From: the human T2T-CHM13v2.0 reference genome, Homo sapiens
DNA: 64,000 nucleotides
NCBI RefSeq assembly: GCF_009914755.1
Contig: NC_060926.1
Reading direction: 5' to 3' (one strand)
Made by a program: the position numbers and the translations under genes. Shown piece by piece: positions 59,136 through 64,000 of the stretch. The notes beneath the pieces were generated by a model. It made no database searches. It was not told the origin of the DNA and saw only the letters and a list, made by a program, of their open reading frames with translations. Position 1 is the first letter of the stretch. Every line of letters begins with the position of its first letter.

Positions 59136-61232
59136 TTGAGGTTTTCGGATCCTCACCAAATTTTCAGTTATCTAACTTAAATACGGACAATGTGAAGGTC
59201 ACAAAATTACTTTCAGTCATCTCTAAGATAAATCTCAGAGAGATAAGCAATTTTTCAGCAGATGAAATATAATTAAAACAAGAGATTACGTACCTTCTGG
59301 TCCTGTTGCCAAGAGATCACTGGTTTCCCCCAAGGCTTGATCTATTCATGAGGGCAGACGTTGGAATACTTCGAATTTCTCCTCATCTAGGTAAGCTTCG
59401 GGATGCATTATGGCAACCAGAATAATTTTATTCAAGAATAGGAAAGGCCAGCTAGTTTAGCACACTTAGACATGAAATTTACTATTATCATATTTAATTC
59501 AATCTTATTTCTTTTCTATTTCAATTTACAGGTAGAAATTATAGAGTAGTTTTATAGGATGACCTGTGTAAACTCCTTCTCATAATTTTTTAATACAGTC
59601 CTGAGGATTCTATACAATAATGTAATTGTGTTGCCTGCCATTCAATGAGTAATTGGCCTTCAGGTTTCTCTTAATGATGGTAAATAAGATGTTACGATTT
59701 CCTTTGTTTTCTGTAAGATATTTAATAATGAATGTCTCAATCTACCACAATGTTTAACTTTGGGGAACAAGATCTGAAAAAAATATACTCTTAAAAACTT
59801 AAATGTTGAATTATTCCTTCACATGTAATGTCCTGACACTGATTTTTCTACCAGCATACAGGGAGTAAATATTCAAAATGATTGCATAAATGTATACAAA
59901 CTAGAGGCTAGGAACTGGTAAGCCTTGTCCAGATGACAAGACACTCTTTGCTAAAATTAACATTCTCTCTCACCTCAGAGGTTTCATCATTGCTATTGTT
60001 GTCGATATTGCTGTTTATTAAAACTGTATTCTGTAAATTACCAGTGAGAGTGAGTGGTTTTAATATTACTTTAGTGTCCACATAGAAATTCTTCAGTGAT
60101 GAGAAGACCCAAAAGATTGCTCACTGTACAGGGACTCTTGGCTAGCTAAAAAAAAAAAAAAAAAAAGCTAAATATTTCCATTGCTGAGATGTAAACGAAG
60201 AATTCCCAAACATTTGAGGTATCTGTTTAATGTCTAAAATAAGAAGTTGAAACCTTTCACTAACAACTTGTGCTGTGAAACACATAAGTTTAAATGAGTA
60301 ATTCAACAGTTACTGTTTGGATTTACATAGAAAGACTTTTGCCAAAGCCTGTGCTGAACACATATCAAAACAATTATGCCTAGCATGTACACAGTGATAA
60401 GAATGTTTTCTTTTGGCATCCACTAGAGGAGAAACTTAGAGCAGCACCACTTTCTGCCGCTACCCTTGGGTCCATGCTGCGGTAGTTACTTACCTGAATT
60501 GTCCTCGGAGTAACTGCATTTCCTTGTATATGAAATGGACCTAAAGTAATGGATTTGCCCATTAGTGAATAATATTAGAAACAATTTCAATTGTAATGCA
60601 ATTGCTGTTCAGTTCCATGCAATTTCTGCATAGAAACACAACTGAAAGAAAAATGACAACCAATCAACCAGTAAAACGGCAATAAATACTTTTTAGGTGA
60701 GAAAACGTCAAAAGAGTGTGGATTTGGAAGTCCTTCCATTGTGCTAATTATCGATCTTTTTTCTCTCTCTGAACACTTGTCAACAGTCATTAGGTTTATA
60801 CAATTTTCTCTTTTTAATGCATCAAAAAATCACCAAATAGGAAGAAGTAAATCTGTATAACGGGACATCTAACAATTGGTTTTAAAATACATAACCTACA
60901 GTCTAAAATAAAGAAGAAATATATACATGTGAAGCTTTTTTTTGACTGACTATATTATAAAATATGCTAAAATTGTACTGCAAATGAACTCTCCTCACCT
61001 CCCAAATAATAACAAAACATACAGTGAAACAAAATTGTACAAGTTTATATTAAGGCTCTCAAATTTAAGCATAAAAACTGAGCAATTTATCTTGGGATTC
61101 TAAAAAATAAAAATGAATCTAACAAAATTCAAATTGATGATACCCGACATGTTGTCATAATATAACAAAGTTTACTCTCTGAAGAAATATCAAGTTTTAA
61201 AAATAAATAGGAACAAAACCAAGCATCATCTA

Positions 61233-61472
<240 letters not shown>

Positions 61473-62264
61473 CTATTGAAGTATAATATTCTATGAAATC
61501 CCTTGTTACCTTGAAAGGAGCTAAATGACAACTGCTTGATTATCATGGGACAAAGATAACTTTAGGTTTTTTTCTTCTAAATTGTGGATAGTGACTATTT
61601 CGGTATTTTCTGTAATGGTATTTTCTGTAAGTGATATTACCCAGCTTTTAGGTCCACATCTTAGCCAAATCACTTCCTGAAACCTGACTTACAACAAAAA
61701 CCTTCTTTGTTCTTCCTTAGCCTGTGAATAGTGGCAGCATTTAAAATTAATACCATGCAATTACCTTCTGTTCTATGATAATCTTTCATATTTTCTCTTG
61801 TTTTCTCAAACTCTTCATAACTCTTAGGTCAAATTTCATGCACTATATAGTTCCCTTCCTTTTGTATCACCTTTATGTAGCTAAGATTATAGTAAGTTGT
61901 TAACAAGAATTTATAGATTTATCGGTCAAATTATTAACTGTTCAACAAGAAGACCAAAGCCAATGTAATATTTTTAAAAGTAGGGATTAAGAAAATTACC
62001 TTTGGTATTATCCTTAAAGAGAGTTTTAGTCCTTATTTTCCAATACATACACTCAACTATACCTCCCGTTTTGTAAGAAAACCACCTGCATTAGGGAACA
62101 TTTCTTAAATTGTTGAAGTCTTAACATTGATACATTTAACTATTTACTTACAATCTTTGGGAATATTATAGAGGATATTCACTACAGATAACTAAAGAGA
62201 TTGTACTCCACATGTCAGATGAATGGCTTTAAAACCTTAGTAGAATTCACCAGGATTTTTGCTT

Positions 62265-62410
62265 AAAGTGCAAACTTCTCAGTTAGTTCCAAGTCCAGAG
62301 ATTCTGATTTAACAGGCATAGAACAGGACCTGGGAATCTGCATTTTAAATAAACTCAAGGTCCATCTTAAATGCACTCAGAAATAAGTGATTTTACTACT
62401 TGAGAAATGT
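62265..62410. mobile_element. MER5-like (hAT-Charlie) fragment
   Basis: 'ccagagattctgatttaa...cctgggaatctgcattttaa'. Confidence 0.6.
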
Positions 62411-62460
62411 AACTTGAGGAGTTTAAAATCTGTGAAATCTGTGATAAAAATTAATTATGT

Positions 62461-62745
<285 letters not shown>

Positions 62746-62984
62746 AAAAATTAAATATGTGCTTTGGCACTTTAAAGAGAAGTAAATAAATGATTCGTGT
62801 TTGGCTTCTATTCTGTCCATCTCTGCTAATTTTCTTTCTTTCTTTATTCACCTTGGCTGGTCTGTGTATTTACATGTAACTTTCATGAAAACTCCATCCA
62901 TCTTCATCAATACACATAATACATACCTTGCAAGGCCCTTTTTAGAAGTCCTATTCAAATATTTCTGAGCCAGATGAATCAGTC

Positions 62985-63353
62985 TGTGTTAGTCTGTTTT
63001 CATGCAAATAAAGACATACTTGACGGGTCATTTATAAAGAACAAGTGATTTAGTGGACTCACAGTTTCACATGGCTGGGGAGGCCTCACAGTTTCACATG
63101 GCTGGGAAGGTCTCACAATCATGGCAGAAAGCAAAGGAGGAGCAAAGGCATGTCTTAGATGGCAGCAGGCAAAAGAGCTTGTGCAGGTGAACTCCCATTA
63201 TGAAACCAACAGGGACTTATTCATTACCATGAGAACAGTATGGGGGAGACCGCCCCCATGATTCAATTATCTCCACCTGGCCCTGCCCTTGACATATTGA
63301 GATTATTACAATTCAAGGTGAGATTTGGGTGGGGACAGAGCCAGACCATATCA
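62985..63353 (-). mobile_element. THE1D-like solo LTR
   Basis: 5-bp TSD CAGTC at 62980-62984 and 63354-63358; internal ~27-bp tandem duplication. Confidence 0.93.
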
Positions 63354-63477
63354 CAGTCCCATAATCTCTTTTGTAGTGATAAAAATCACAAGTCTGAACC
63401 ATTCATGATATTTTCTTATACTATAATTTATGAAAGACTTACGGAAGATTTTTTTGTATCTCCTCCACCTTCACTAT

Positions 63478-63863
63478 TGCAATGGATTAAATGGTTGTTT
63501 TTCTCCCCCCACCCAAATTCATATGTCAAAATCCTAACCCACAATGTATGGTACTAGGAGGTGGGGTCTTTGGGAGCAAATTACATCATGAGACTGGAGC
63601 CCATGTGAATGAGATTAGCACCCTTATAAAAAAGACCCCAGAGAACTCTCTTGCTCTTTTTCTATTGTGTGAGGATATAAAGAAAAGACGGCAGTCTACA
63701 AGTCAGAAGAGGGTCCTCACAAGAATTAATCCATGCTGGCACTCTAATCTCATATTTCTGAACTCAAGATCTGTGAGAAATAAATTTCTGTTGTTTATAA
63801 ACCCATCCAGTTTACAAAGTGCCTAGTCTATGGTACTTTGCTCTGGCAGCACAAACTAAAACA
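63478..63863 (+). mobile_element. MLT1A-type solo LTR
   Basis: 'tgcaatggattaaatg...caaattcatatgtcaaaatcctaa...actaaaaca'; 5-bp TSD ACTAT. Confidence 0.9.
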
Positions 63864-64000
63864 ACTATATTTTTAAGAAAAAAAAAATGCATGAACATAC
63901 ATCTATAAAAGTCTTCAACCTGATAACTCTGAAATAACTTTTACTTTAATGGTATTCATATAAGAAAGAAATGTATGAAGCCAAAATAAATCTCAAAATT

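Overview
This is AT-rich, repeat-dense primate genomic DNA. AluY, LTR12 and THE1 together indicate a catarrhine, and the window looks intergenic or deep-intronic. I can identify no protein-coding gene, RNA gene or CRISPR array. Most ORFs in the track are chance frames inside Alu, L1, THE1/MST, LTR12 or simple repeats. Roughly 60% (by eye) is decayed transposable element: L1M/L1MA/L1MB/L1PA, Alu J/S/Y, THE1/MST/MLT1/MLT2, an LTR12 solo LTR, a MER34/39-type LTR, an ERVL pol remnant, LTR16, Tigger4a, MER58A, MER94, MIR and L2. Family names come from recall of consensus sequences, so subfamily calls are approximate. I found no convincing new biological system. The best leads are an unexplained ~400-bp imperfect palindrome (7749-8154), several templated insertions or duplications inside old elements, a recent 131-bp tandem duplication ending exactly at an AluY insertion site, a CpG-rich LTR12 promoter, and a speculative chain of minus-strand exon-like segments (52800-62085).
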